Source of the DNA: Mesotaenium endlicherianum
Lineage: Eukaryota
Length of the DNA: 44,397 bases
Direction of reading: 5' to 3'
Assembly: GCA_009602735.1 (NCBI GenBank)
Contig: WELA01003352.1
Span: 438,319-482,715 of the forward strand
Under the pieces are notes generated by a model, which was not told the DNA's origin, made no database searches, and worked only from the letters and a program-made list of their open reading frames with translations. Shown piece by piece: positions 1 to 12,662 of the stretch; position 1 is the stretch's first letter, and every line of letters begins with the position of its first letter. Made by a program: the position numbers and the translations under genes.

Positions 1-547
1 CCCGGTCCCCCAGCGGGACGCACAATTCTTGGTGCGGCTTTGTGCCCGTGCCTTGTTGGCCCTGCCGCCACTGGGAGCACAGCACATGGAGCGCACCAAG
101 CTTCTGCCCACCTCCCCCCCTGCCCCGCACGCCGTCCAGCCTTTCAGTCTGCCCCGCACATTCTGGACCCTGAGCATTTCAAGCGCCCCCCGTCCCTGAG
201 CACAGAGCCCCTGGGCCCCGAGGCACCCGTGGGATGCCATGCTCCGCCGTCCCTTGCGCGTGCTTGCTCGCACGAAGTGGACGACGACGCGCATGGGTTA
301 TTTGAAGGCACGGCAGCGGATACAGTCCCCTCCTTGGGGCACTCCCCCTTCTAGGAGAGCCCCCCTGAGGCACTGATAGACGGGTGGGCGCAAGTGAGAG
401 AAGATTGACAGGTGTGTCCGTGTGCTTTGCTGTGCCTTCGGCGCTGGCGCTGGCGCTGTGCTGGGGCGTGCTCTGACGTGGCCTGCTGTGCCGCACCCTG
501 CCGCCCGCCCACCTCCCCGCCCGCCCGTCCAATCGTATGGCCCGCAG

Positions 548-741
548 GCGTTTGACGACGTGGAGCACGACATGACAGCGGTGGCGACGCCGATGGACCG
601 CCTGATCTGCGGAGACGTCGGGTTCGGGAAGACGGAGGTCGCCCTCCGCGCCGTGTACCACGCCGTGCTGGCCGGCCGCCAGGTGTCAAACCCCCCCTTC
701 GCTTGCTCTGGCCCGACCAGTGCCGTCTCTTTCCCCTCTCT

Positions 742-834
<93 letters not shown>

Positions 835-1213
835 NCTCTCCCCTTTTTTCCTTCTCCTCCTTTTCCCCGCCTCCCTCTTTCTCCCTCTCTCTCTCATGAG
901 CACTGCTCTGGCCTTGACATCCTTCCGTAGTCCACCTGTCCTTTTATCCTGCTCTGTGATCGTTGTCGCTCCTGCCGCCCTCCTGTCCACAGATTACGCC
1001 AGCTCAGTGCTGTCCGCTCATTACGCCAGCTCAGTGTTGCCGGATGTCTTGTTTGGTGGAGCCACAGAGAGGGAGACGCTTCTGCTGTCCGGGTGCACGC
1101 TAATGTGCGCTGACTTCTTATGCATTCTTTTTTGCTGGTGGGTGTACGCACTGATCTATTCTACATTTTGTGTACGTGTACATGTGTGCGTGCGTGTGTG
1201 CGTGCGTGCGTGC

Positions 1214-1270
<57 letters not shown>

Positions 1271-4200
1271 CGCGCGCGTGTATGTGTTTGCGTGTGTGTG
1301 AGAATGTCTGTATGTGTGCGGTGCGTGCGCACGTATACGTGTGCGTGCGGGTGCGTGCGTGTGTGCGATGTACGGTGTGCTCACGCGTATGCATGTGCGT
1401 ACGCGTGTGCGAGTGTGCGCGTGCGCAGGTGATGGTGCTGGCACCCACGACGGTGCTGGCCAAGCAGCACTTCAAGGTGCTGCAGGAGCGCTTCGCCCCC
1501 TTCCCCCACATCAGCGTCGCGCTCCTCAGCCGCTTCCAGGTTCGACACACCCCGTGAAAAAGAACCCCACGCCGAGCTCTCTCCTTCGCCCCTCCCCCCC
1601 CCCCCCCCCNNNNNNNNNNNNNNNNNNNNNNNNNNNNNCCCCCCCCCCCCCCTCAAAAAAAGGAGACTCAACCGCCCCTTGTATCCAGGCGCCCGGCTCA
1701 AACGCAGATAGCTTGCAGAAGCGCAACCCTAAATTGAGCGCAAACTCTCATGGGCAGCCCAAGCTTTAGCTTGAACCCTCACATTGGGACCTTTTGTGTA
1801 ATTCCTTGAACTCCTTTTTCAACCCGCTTTCTTAGGCCTGTGGCCCGAGCGAACTTGATCTGTGAATGCCATGCCACCCACTTTAGAGCCCCTAAAGAGA
1901 GCCACTTCAATTTATCAAACGCTCTGGCGGCTTTTCCCGCCGTCCGAACACCAATCCTGCTGTCAATCGTAAACTCTGGTAGTGGGCCCCCCGTTGCCAG
2001 CCTGCGGTCAACGGGAAGTACGCTGTGTCCTTGAGTGGAGTGAACCCGGGGGTTAATGGCGGTGGTCTGGACGTGCCGATAACGTGCCAATTGTCCAAAT
2101 AGTAAAGCTCAGCTTACAGGATGTTCTGGAAAGAATGAGAAAGAGAGGATATGCGCATGCGGTCGTGCATGCGTGCACGCATGGGCTCTGGAAGTGCGGG
2201 CCGTAGATACCTGACCGGAATGTGCGTAAGTGTGCGGCGCGTGCGCGCGTGGAACTTCACTTCTGCCAAGTGGGTATGAGCGAGTGCCTAAGCTGGCCAG
2301 CGGCTCGGACAGCGAGAGCCCACCACCGAGAAAATCGTTGCAGAGAGCGTCGTAGAGCTCCCACATACTTGGGGGTTTTGGACTGGGCGTTTGAGCTAGT
2401 TCTCTATGGGCAGGCCAGGCCATGAGCGCGTTTCCCACTTCGCGCACGCGCTGTGGTTGCTCTAAGAGCGTCAGTTTCCCGGATGCAAACGAATTGGCGG
2501 TCATCAGCAGTTGGTCAAAGATTGGCAAGTGAGTGAGACCGCAGTTTGCTGGGCGGCTGGAGCAGGAGGGCCAGGGCGGAAGGATGCACGCACTGCTGCC
2601 GTAAAGGGGCGTAGAAGTGCAGAGTGCCCGCTCGTCAAAAGTGAGATGTGCACGCACGTGCTCGCGCGCGCACGCGCACAAGTCTTCTACCTCGAAATGG
2701 CACGAGCGCGTGCAGCACGTCTCTCCTCACCGGCGTCCTCTTCAAGTTGTCTTGCCACACGCTCACAAGCGTGTGCCCGTGCGCCTCTTGGCATGTGCCT
2801 GCTTACCGGCCTGCGGTGTCTATGCGTGCGTGCGTCCATGCGTCAATGCGTGCATGAGTGCGTGCATTCATGTGTGCCTCTGTGTCTGCGTGGGTGCGTG
2901 CCCACGTCCATGCGCACGTGCCTGCGAGAGCGGCGCGCAGAAGGAGACGGAGAAGAACAAGGTGGTGGAGGACATCAAGCGCGGCACGGTGCAGGTGGTG
3001 GCGGGCACGCACGCGCTGCTGGGCCCCACCGTGCGCTACCACAACCTGGGCCTGCTTGTGGTGGACGAGGAGCAGGTGCGTACGCGCGCGCAAGCGACCA
3101 GGCCGGGCTTGGCCCCCCTCTACCCTTTCCCCCGCCCCCCTCCCCACTCCCCCGTCCCGCTGGTCCTGTGCTTGCTGCGGATGGGAACACTTCTCCTCTT
3201 GCTGGCTGCTGGCGGCTTCTTGCCAGCTGGCGGCTGTTGCTGCTGCTGCGTGCGAGAAAAAAGTGCGTGAGATCTCTCTCTGTCGCTGTTTCTCTTTGTC
3301 TCTGTCTCTACCTCTATGGGACTCCTCTCTTTGTCTCCGCATAAAAGTTTGTGTATGTTTATGCTTGCTGTGCTATGTCTTGCTTCTCCTTTCAAATTTG
3401 TAGGTTTGAACTTCTCTTGCGAGGCCTGAGGTGGGGACCTACACACGTGTGGACATGTATATGTGTCTGTGCACGAGTGTGTGTGGGTGGGTGTGAGCGT
3501 GTAGATGCGTATGTCTGTGTGCACTGTACCATGTCCTTGTGAGCCTTACTCGCCTTGCTCGCCTGCTGACACCTGGCACCTGGCGTGGGTGCTTGCCCAC
3601 GCGTGCTCTTGCGCTTGCGGTGGCGCTGGCAGAGGTTCGGCGTGCGGCAGAAGGAGCGCATCACGTCGCTCAAGACGTCGGTGGACGTGCTCACGCTGTC
3701 CGCCACGCCCATCCCCCGCACGCTCTCCATGGCGCTCAACGGCTTCCGCGACGCCAGGTGCCCTCTCTTCCCGTGCGCGGGCCTGTCCGTGTGTGCCTGT
3801 GTGCGTGCACACGCGCGCATGCACGCGCGCAGGATATCGCTCCCTTTCCCTTCGCGTGCGCGCGCACACCCGCAGGCACCCAAGCACGCTCGCAGGCATG
3901 CAGGCAGCACGCACGCACGGGCACACGCACGGGCGCACGCACTCAGGGCAATTTCTCAAGGAGGGGGGACCGCCTCGCGAGCCCCGGGGGCGGGCGGGCC
4001 TGGCCCCCACGAAGATCTGGGCTGCACCCGTGCGCAGTGCTGCTGCAGGGGCAGAGCACTTGGGGGTTGGGGCTCAGGGTGGGCGGCTTTGGGCTATGCA
4101 GGGCCGTGTCCAATTTAAGGGCGGCGGGGGGGTGGGCGCTGCCGTTTCCTGCTTTGGTTGCGCGGACGGGCTGGTCGGGCGGAGGCTTTCCGGTCCCGGA

Positions 4201-7200
4201 GTCAGGCGTCGGGGTGCTAGGCTTGGTTTCCAGGGTGGGTCGGAAATTAGTTGGAGGAAGAAAGCAGCAGGCTGGAGGGTGAGCCGTAAGAACGGGCAGG
4301 GCTTGACGCCTCCCCCGGAGGAGAGGGGACCAGCCGAATGTGGGAGCTGCAGACCTGCAGCCGGCAAATCTCCGCTGCGGGGGCCGCTCGAGATAATCAC
4401 TGTAGGCTCGTGCTACGCGCTGGCGCGGGCGGGGAGGGGGGGCGGAGGGGGGGCATGTGACTAAGTAGATCAGGGTTTAGAGTTTTGGGGTCTCGCGAGC
4501 GTTGTTTTTCCGAGTTCCCGGTTCCAGTGCGGGGCTTGAGGCCCCCAAGCTCGGGGCCAACAGCTGGGTGGCAGCTGGGGGCCTCGGGCTGTTCTGTTGG
4601 AGGCGACGTCGGCACTGGGTGGACGACTGTGACCAGCTTTGGGACTTCGGGTCGGAGTTTAAAAGCGCGAGGATTTTAGGGGGTGGGGAGTGCGAGTCAG
4701 GCAGGGATAGGGTTTCGGGGAGGTTGGGGTTTGAGACCTCCAGGGGGGCTTGATTGCCATCGCTGTTTTGGGAGTGGGTACAACTGGCGGCAGGGGGGCA
4801 GGGGCGCTTGTTGTGAAGCGAGTGGCGAGGATGAGTTTGATTTTGAGTTTGCCGGGGAAAGAGAAGAGGGGGGAATGTTCTCACCTCCCCTAACCCTGCT
4901 ACTTCTGAGGGACCTATGGAGGCATTTGAAAACAGGATCTGAGTTTTTCTGTCAGACCCACCTGAGGAGAGAGAGAGACACACACACACACCATCACTCC
5001 CCCACACGCTCATATGCTCGAAAGCTTACAATCACTTGTAGAGATTTGTTTCATCTGCCCATGCAGGAATGGCTGTCTTGTTTCGATGCTTGTGCCGCCC
5101 GCTAAAATTTGGCTCGGGTTTTTTGTGTGTGCCTGCGTGCGTGCGTGCGTGTGTGTGGGTGCGTGTGCTTGTGTGCGTGCGTGCGTGTGTGTGTGCGTGT
5201 ATGCGTGTGCGCGTGTGCGTGTGCCTGTGTGCGCGTGTGCGTGACTGCGAGCAGCCTGATCCAGACGCCCCCGCCAGAGAGGAGGCAGATACAAACGCAC
5301 CTGCTGGAGTGGAACTTTGAGCAGGCGTGCAAGGCCATCGAGGCCGAGGTCGCCCGCGGCGGGCAGCTCTTTTACGTGGTCCCGCGCGTCCACGGTAAGC
5401 GCCGCTCTTGAGGGATAGGGTTTGGGTGGGCGCTGGTGCAGGATTAGGATTAGGGTTAAGGGGTAGGGTTAAAGGTTTGGCTGGATGTGCTGGAGCATGA
5501 AGTAGGCTTCAGTTGCTCTGCATACCGCTGCTAGAATGCACCAACTTGCATGTGCGGGTGGCGGTGCCGCGCACGAGCGCGTGTGTCTGTGTCTGTGTGT
5601 GTGTGTGTGCGCGCGTGCACGCGCGCGCGCATGCCTGTGTGTGCACGCATGTATGCGTGTGTGTCTGTGTGCGCACGTGTGTGTCTGTGTGCGCACGTGT
5701 GTGTCTGTGGGTGTACACATGCAGGACATCCCTGTATGCACACACACGTACACGCAGTAACGCGCACATGCGCACACGCATGCTCAGAGGCACACGTATA
5801 ATGAGCATCATTACCTGGTGTTACCATTCAAACAGGTAGAGAGTGATTTGCATAAGTGCCAACCCCCGACAATGTTTGCAAGCGCTCCTTCGAGTCCTCG
5901 CCCTTGGTGCCCACTCGTGGACAACGCTTGCGTGCGTTTGTGCGTGTGCGTGTGTGCGTGCCCATGTTCGTGCGTGTGGGTGTGGGTGTGCCTGGGCCTG
6001 TGCATGTGCACCTTGGTTGTGGGTGCTTGCGGGTGGGTGCCCCTGTGCATGTGGGCGTCCGCGTGCGCATGGGGTGTGCGTGGGGCAGGGATCGAGCACA
6101 TCCGGACACGGCTGGAGACTCAGTTTCCGGAGCTGGTCATCGGGGTGGCCCACGGCCAGGTGAGCGCCACCCAGCCGCGCCCGGCTTCCCGCTCCCCACT
6201 CCCCTCTCTGAGTGGGCGTGGGCTGTTGGGTGTTCGCCAATGCTGGTTATGTGCCTCTGGGTGTGCGTGTTGCGCACGAGAGCGCGCTCGCACACACTTC
6301 GCGCGCACATGTCTCCGCGTGTGTGTGCCTGTCAGTACGTGTGCGAGTGTGCACCTCTCCTGTTTGAGCCCCAGGGACTTTTTGCAAGATGAAATACTAG
6401 TGTGTGGAGCTTGATCGCACAGCCTGCCGTGGAAATCAGCGCTGCTTGCGCTTTCCCTGCTGCCCTCTTGGGGTTTTGCTACTCGTGTTCCCATTGGCTG
6501 ATCAGTACCGTCAGTCAGCAGCATGCCTTCTCGCATTCCAAGTATTACTGCTGGATGAAGCGCATCTGAGCATGCAAGCGTGAGTGTTGTGTCTCTGTCT
6601 TTGTGCTGCAAATTCTGATTAATCTGCAATTGTACGGAGTGAAATGTGATTGTGGAAGTACTGGACCGTCGCTCTTGCTCTTGTCTACATCGGTGTGCTT
6701 GGGAACCTTTTGAATGTAACGCAGTTAGACGTGGAAAGACGCGCTCAGAGCCTACACCTTTTCACCTCCAACACGAAAAAGTGGACCTTCTGAGGGCCAA
6801 GTGGGCTCATCTCTGCTCCTTGCAAGCGCACCTGGGCCCTGCATGGACTGAGATGCGCGCGCGCGCGCCTGCGGGGGGGCGGGAGAGGGGGAGCAGCTGA
6901 GCACGGAGGTGCTGGAGGACGCGATGGAGGAGTTTGTGCGCGGGCGCACGCACGTGCTCATCTGCACCTCCATCGTGGAGAGCGGGCTGGACATCAGCAG
7001 CGTGAACACCATCATCATGGAGGACGTGCACCTCTTCGGCCTCTCGCAGCTCTACCAGGTGGGTGCCTGGGTGGATGGTGGGTGAATGGGTGGGTAGCGG
7101 GTGCCCGCGTGCGTGCGTTCCAGGGGCGTGTGCGTGGGTAGGTCTTTGTGTCTCTGTGTGTGAGTGTGTGTGTGCGTGCGCATGCGTGCAACCGCGTGCG

Positions 7201-10121
7201 CGCGCGTCTGCCCGTCTGGGTGTGTGTGTGTATGTGTGCGTGTGTGATTGACTGAGTAAGTGCCGGCCTGGTCTAGTTTCCTGCTCCTACTCTGGTCCCA
7301 ATTGATGCCCTCTTCTCACAAGTATTGTGCCTTGTGAGGTGCAGGGGCGACAACTCCAGGCAAGCATGTGTGCGTGTTTGCTTGCCTGACAAACGTGCCA
7401 GCTGTCGCCTCGCATGCCAGCCAGAGACATCCATCCATCTGCCGACTGGGTCTTTTCCCTCTTCTTGGCCCTCAGAAGCCAGAATCGATTTCCCCTCTTT
7501 CCTTCTCCCTGCCTTGCTCACTTGCTTTTTATGCATGTGCTAGTGCTTCTATCTCCCTCCTCCTCGCTCCCCATCCTTCCTCCTTCCCCCTTCTCTCTCA
7601 TTTTGTGTTCTGATATTCCTCCGTTTGGAATGAGCAGCTGAGGGGGCGAGTGGGGCGGACCAACAAGGAGGCGCACGCGTACATGTTCCACCCGCCCTTT
7701 GACAGCCTGTCGGACGACGCTGTTGTACGCACACGCATGCTCGCGCACTCGCTCTCACACCCGCACGTGCACTTGGACAAGCTTGCCCATGCACTTGCCC
7801 TCCTTCTGTCCCTCCCCGGCTGTGACTCTTTGTCGCACGGCACCCCGGGGGGAGTGGCGGGCAGGCGGGCCTGGGGNNNNNNNNNNNNNNNNNNNNNNNN
7901 NNNNNNNNNNNNNNNNNNNNNNNNNNNNNNNNNNNNNNNNNNNNNNNNNNNNNNNNNNNNNNNNNNNNNNNNNNNNNNNNNNNNNNNNNNNNNNNNNNNN
8001 NNNNNNNNNNNNNNNNNNNNNNNNNNNNNNNNNNNNNNNNNNNNNNNNNNNNNNNNNNNNNNNNNNNNNNNNNNNNNNNNNNNNNNNNNNNNNNNNNNNN
8101 NNNNNNNNNNNNNNNNNNNNNNNNNNNNNNNNNNNNNNNNNNNNNNNNNNNNNGGGGGGTGGGGAGGAGGAGGTGGAGGAGGAGTTCGACTTTTTTTGCA
8201 AGGCGTGATTAGGGGGGCTACCATTCCACTTGTGTGCATATGGATGAGCCAAAGGTTACTCCCAAGCAGCCAATTTCAGAGCACCGCATGCACCTCATGT
8301 GAAAATCCCTCGTTGCACCTGTCGCTGTGAGTGCTGTGATGTCATCTCAAGCATCCTCGGCAACACTCATACCCAGACTTCGCCATATGCATCGCTGCAC
8401 GTATGGATATGACCAGAGTTGATGCCGACTTGCGTGTGTGCTGATCCGTGCGTATTTTGAGGCTGCCCTGTTATGTGTGCTTACGTCTCTGTACAGGCAC
8501 ACATCCATCACAAGTTAGTGATCTACACACACACACGCATACACACACACGCACATGCACACACACAGAGAGACAGACACAATAAACGAGACACCTGTTC
8601 ACACTTTTTTACACCAACACAATGAATGAAGTCAATATGCATACACAAGTATCGATTTGTGCACACCACTCCCTGCTCGCATGCCCATTCGTACCCCTTG
8701 GCCCCCGTCCCACCGCTGCTGACCTGGCGTCCCGCCCTGCCCAACCCCGCCGCGTACCTCTGTGGGGACCGCAGGAGAGGCTGGCGGCACTGGAGCAGTG
8801 TTGCGGGCTGGGCCAGGGCTTCCAGCTGGCGGAACGCGACATGGCCATCCGCGGCGTGGGCAACCTGTTTGGCGAGAAGCAGAGCGGGGACGCGGTGAAG
8901 GTGGGCATGGACCTCTACATGGAGATGCTCCAGGACAGCCTCACCAAGGTACCCTCCCTCCTCCCCCCTGGCCCCTGCCCTCTTCTCCCCCCCCCCTTTC
9001 CCATTGCTGCCGCTGCGGCTACGCGATTGCGACTGCACCTGCTGCTACTGGCGATGGTGCTGGTGCTGGCTACTGCTGCTGCTGCTGCTGCTGCTATCGA
9101 CTGTGACTGCGACTGCTGCTGCTGTCTCCTTCCTCCCGTATGCATTCATATCCACGCGTGGGCCATAGGTTATGTGCGCAGACATGCTCCTGGTGCTTGC
9201 TTCTCTCTCTCTCTTTGTGTGTGTGTATGGCTCTGTGTGCGTGTGTGTGCGCGTGTGTGTGCAAGGAGTGAGGCTGAAGGGATGTGCCAACTGCCTGGGG
9301 TGATGCAGGTGGAGAAGCAGAAGCTGCCCCTGGTGGAGTATCGCCACGTGGAGGTACTGCCCCTCCGCGTCTCTCCCCCCCCTCTGTGCCGAGATGGACA
9401 CACACGCGCGCGCGCACACACGCACGTACACAGGGAGAAAGAGCGGGACGGTGAGGAGTATGTGTGCGTGTGCGGGTGCAAATGTGGGCGTGTGTGTGCG
9501 CGTGCGCGCGTGTGTGTCTGTGTGTGTTAGAGGACAGGCGTGCATATGGGTCATCTGCTTCTACAGGAAGGGGTCCTCCAGCACAGAAGCTCCCTCCTCC
9601 TCCTCCTCCTTCTCCTCCTCCTTGAGCTCGTCGGCACGTGGCCCTCTGCGCGGGTGTAAGCAAAATGTTCCATAACGTACAAATTGTACGGTGCATGCTG
9701 ATGACAGCCCTGTCTCTTCTTTACCTTATCCTACTGACACCTGTCACGTTCTCTTCTCCTCTTTTCCATTTTCTCCCCCCCACATCCCCTCCCACTCCCG
9801 CCTCCTGGTCCTCCTTCCGCCCCCCTTCTTTTGTACATGCTCTTGTTCTAGTTGAGGTCAAAAGAGCAGCCACTTCTCTCCTTCTTCTCCTTCCCTGCCC
9901 CCCNNNNNNNNNNNNNNNNNNNNNNNNNNNNNNNNNNNNNNNNNNNNNNNNNNNNNNNNNNNNNNNNNNNNNNNNNNNNNNNNNNNNNNNNNNNNNNNNN
10001 NNNNNNNNNNNNNNNNNNNNNNNNNNNNNNNNNNNNNNNNNNNNNNNNNNNNNNNNNNNNNNNNNNNNNNNNNNNNNNNNNNNNNNNNNNNNNNNNNNNN
10101 NNNNNNNNNNNNNNNNNNNNN

Positions 10122-10166
<45 letters not shown>

Positions 10167-12662
10167 CTGTGTGTGTGTGCGTGGGTGTGCCTTGCGCAGC
10201 TCGACTACGACGTGGAGCTGGGCATCCCCGCAGACTACATCCGGGACGCGGAGGAGAGGGCGCAGGTCATTGCTCGCCTGGAGAGGGCCGCGACGGCCAA
10301 CCTCAAGGCCCTCCTGGACACCACCACCACGCTGCGCAAGACCTACGGTCCGGAGCCGGCAGCCATGGAGGTGCTTTCCGAAGCTCTTCTCGGGTTCTTC
10401 TCGGTTCTCTCTCTCTCGCGGTGGGATGGTTCTCGAGCATTCTTGAGGGTGAGAGTGTGTTAGTCGTAAGAGAATCTCGCGCGGTCCTGCGTGTTGTGGT
10501 GGTGTGCGCTGCCCTCTCCATCTTTCTTCACATGTGCACGTACATGCATATAGACGTGTACATCACGCATATGTACACATATATATGTATACATTCTTAC
10601 TCGAAGGCAAATGCACGCACCGCAACTCTTACTCCCACTCCCACTCTTATTCCTCCTCTCACCCCTACTCCTCCCCCCCCCCCTCCGTACCCCCTGTGCG
10701 CACGCTCCTGCAGACTTACTTGAAGGCCCGTGCTTACTCCTCCCTCCCCCTCCTCTCCCACCTCCTCCCCTCCTCCCCCTCCCCCTCCCCCGCACCCTTG
10801 TTCTTCAAACTCCACTTCTTGGAGGTGGTGTCCCTTGCGTGCCCTTGCAGACGTACTTGAAGGCTATGTATTTGCGACGCATCGCCGCCAACCTGGGGAT
10901 CCATCGCGTGGACTTGCCCGGGGAGCGGACGGCCGTGTTCCACACGGAGATGGACGAGGCGGTGTTTGAGACGCTGACGGAGCACATGAAGGACGAGCAC
11001 ATGCGCGACGCCCTCACCTTCAAGGCGGGCGGCCGCATCGAGGTAGGTTCCCTGCGCGAAGAAATTCCGGAACTCGAGGCCACCCCAAATGCAAAACCCA
11101 AGAGGAGCGCGGCTCCCTCGCCTCTCGAACCGGGGAGGAGGAGCATGGGGGAGGGGCAGGCATTGAGGCCAACTGTGATAATCGTGATTAGTTCTTAGCT
11201 TTACTCGCCCTACTCACGGAATTATGGAGCCTACATTTTCAAAGGACCAGCTTTTTGCCTGTTCTTTTGTGGGCCCTGGCCCCGTGCCACCGGCGCTCAA
11301 GCCCCTGCCGCCCGGGCCTTGCATGTGAAGGCAGTGCCCGCGTCACACGACTGGGGTGGTAGCGGAGGCACTAGGGCTCCCAGTTGGGAAACTTTCCGGC
11401 TAGGGTTTTGTTCCCAGCGCCGGAGAGCGGACCCCGAGGTCAGGGCTCCCTGAGGCTGATGGAGCTCACACCGCACGCGCACGCGCACGCTCGGCGAGAA
11501 CAGCAGTTCGGCAGGTAAGGCAGGGTTCGATTGGAAATAGGATCAGAAGTTGAGGGCACGTGTGTTACTCCCCCGAGGCCCGGGCCTTTGGAACTCTCTC
11601 CGCGTACTCCAGCACGCAATGCTTCTGGATTAGCACGCACCACTGCAGCCAGGCCACTTGGCAGGCCACCTGGCAGCAGCGGGGCCGAGTAACCTGCCGG
11701 GCATGCTCGATGCTCGAGAGGTGCAGGAGGAGGGGTAGCGCTCGGAGCTTCCTGGGAGCTCCTGGCCACCACTCTGTGCTGCGCCCCTCTGAGGTCCGGC
11801 CACAAATTGGTTCCTTCGTCGAGCGCGCGGTGTTGCCCTCTGAGGCCCACAAGTGGCACTGGGAGTCCAGAATATATCGCCCGTCCCTTGTGTAGTGCGC
11901 GTGCGCGTGCGTGCCAGGTGGCAATGTGGGAGGCTCCCGCAGAGCCCGGGTCCCTTGACTCGCGGGCACCTCGCTAGGCTAGGCCCCTGGAGCATCGCCT
12001 AGAGCTGGCACCGACACCTTGCGCTTGCACCCAGAGCCCTCCCTTAAGTCCTGAACCTAGAGGGCTCTGCCTGAGCTCTATGTTAGTAGGTGACTCTCCA
12101 CTTGCGCCAGTGGAACTTACGTTTGGGAGGCGTTGCGAATTTGCCACTTGGCGTTCATTTCTCGCTTGGCTACCTGTGAAGTCAAAGAGGAGCAACGGTC
12201 AGTGAAGGAGTTCCAGCCGGGGGCGCGTGTGCTGGTGGCGGGGTTGGGCGGGGATTTGGGATTTCGAGCAGGATCAGGGAAGGGGTGGGGTTTTTTTTTT
12301 TTTTTTCCTCGTGGCAAAAAGGGTGTTCCTGGCTTGTTTGCATCTCACCAATAATGTTCATCCATTATTTCTCTCGGTTGATTTCCCGCGTGACGCGTTC
12401 TGTGTCCTTTTTTTCTTTCTTTTGGTGCGTCCATCTCCCCTTGACCCCCTTTTCTTCCCCTTGCTTTTCCTCATATCGCCCCAAGATTCGCGCTTCTCTT
12501 ACCTCCCTCTTCGTTTCCTTCTTTGTTCTCCCTCTTCTTCCCCCGACATGTGCGCAGCTCCAAGGGCTCATAGGCCTGTCGCCCGGGAGGTGGCTGGACC
12601 GAGCGTTCAGCTGCTTGGCGGACATGCATAGCGGGTTGCCTTCCTATATCACCTACGTGTGA
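548..12662 (+). CDS. mfd: Mfd/TRCF-like SF2 DNA helicase (plant At3g02060-like transcription-repair coupling factor), 5'-truncated by the window; 13 exons, 550 aa visible
   Basis: Exons 548-682, 1429-1539, 2941-3075, 3633-3757, 5255-5394, 6089-6159, 6897-7058, 7638-7724, 8775-8948, 9309-9353, 10200-10370, 10851-11042, 12558-12662. All junctions are AG/GT and phase-compatible (1653 nt, ends TGA). Motifs in order: [15 protein letters not shown] (I), [12 protein letters not shown] (Ia), GTHALL (Ib), [16 protein letters not shown] (II), LSATPIPRT (III), QLFYVVPR (IV), [12 protein letters not shown] (V), [11 protein letters not shown] (VI), TRG motif [17 protein letters not shown], then a TRCF C-terminal domain resembling the plant protein ([24 protein letters not shown]). 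Confidence 0.96.
744..834 (+). repeat. poly-C homopolymer in Mfd intron
   Basis: About 91 consecutive C, ending at a single N (835); true length uncertain. Confidence 0.85.
1184..1428 (+). repeat. (GTGC)n/(TG)n/(CG)n alternating purine-pyrimidine microsatellite directly upstream of a 3' splice site
   Basis: Directly visible; ends at gtgcgcag|GTG of exon 1429. Similar tracts at 5125-5250, 5580-5720, 5935-6085, 10122-10190, 25310-25352 and 32925-33000 (minus). Confidence 0.9.
1680..2040 (-). mobile_element. Degenerate RTE-clade LINE fragment (region just downstream of the RT domain) in Mfd intron
   Basis: Minus-strand translation ..[25 protein letters not shown].. followed, in another frame, by ..KLSAFE.., resembling the RTE pattern (I..RI.KA..AF..L...VW....I ... 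L.AFE). Frame-broken and compositionally distinct from the surrounding intron. Confidence 0.45.

Noticed and set aside
744..834. Very long poly-C as a functional G-quadruplex/i-motif element
   Set aside because: Abuts an assembly join, so its length may be a sequencing or assembly artefact.
3945..5110. G-rich insert in an Mfd intron (and a similar one at ~11190-12300) as MITEs
   Set aside because: Compositionally distinct, with a recurring ggggcttga word, but I could not define termini or TSDs.
5411..5480. Telomere-like words (tagggttt, ttagggtt) after an Mfd donor site
   Set aside because: Short and degenerate with no tandem array; not supportable as an interstitial telomere.
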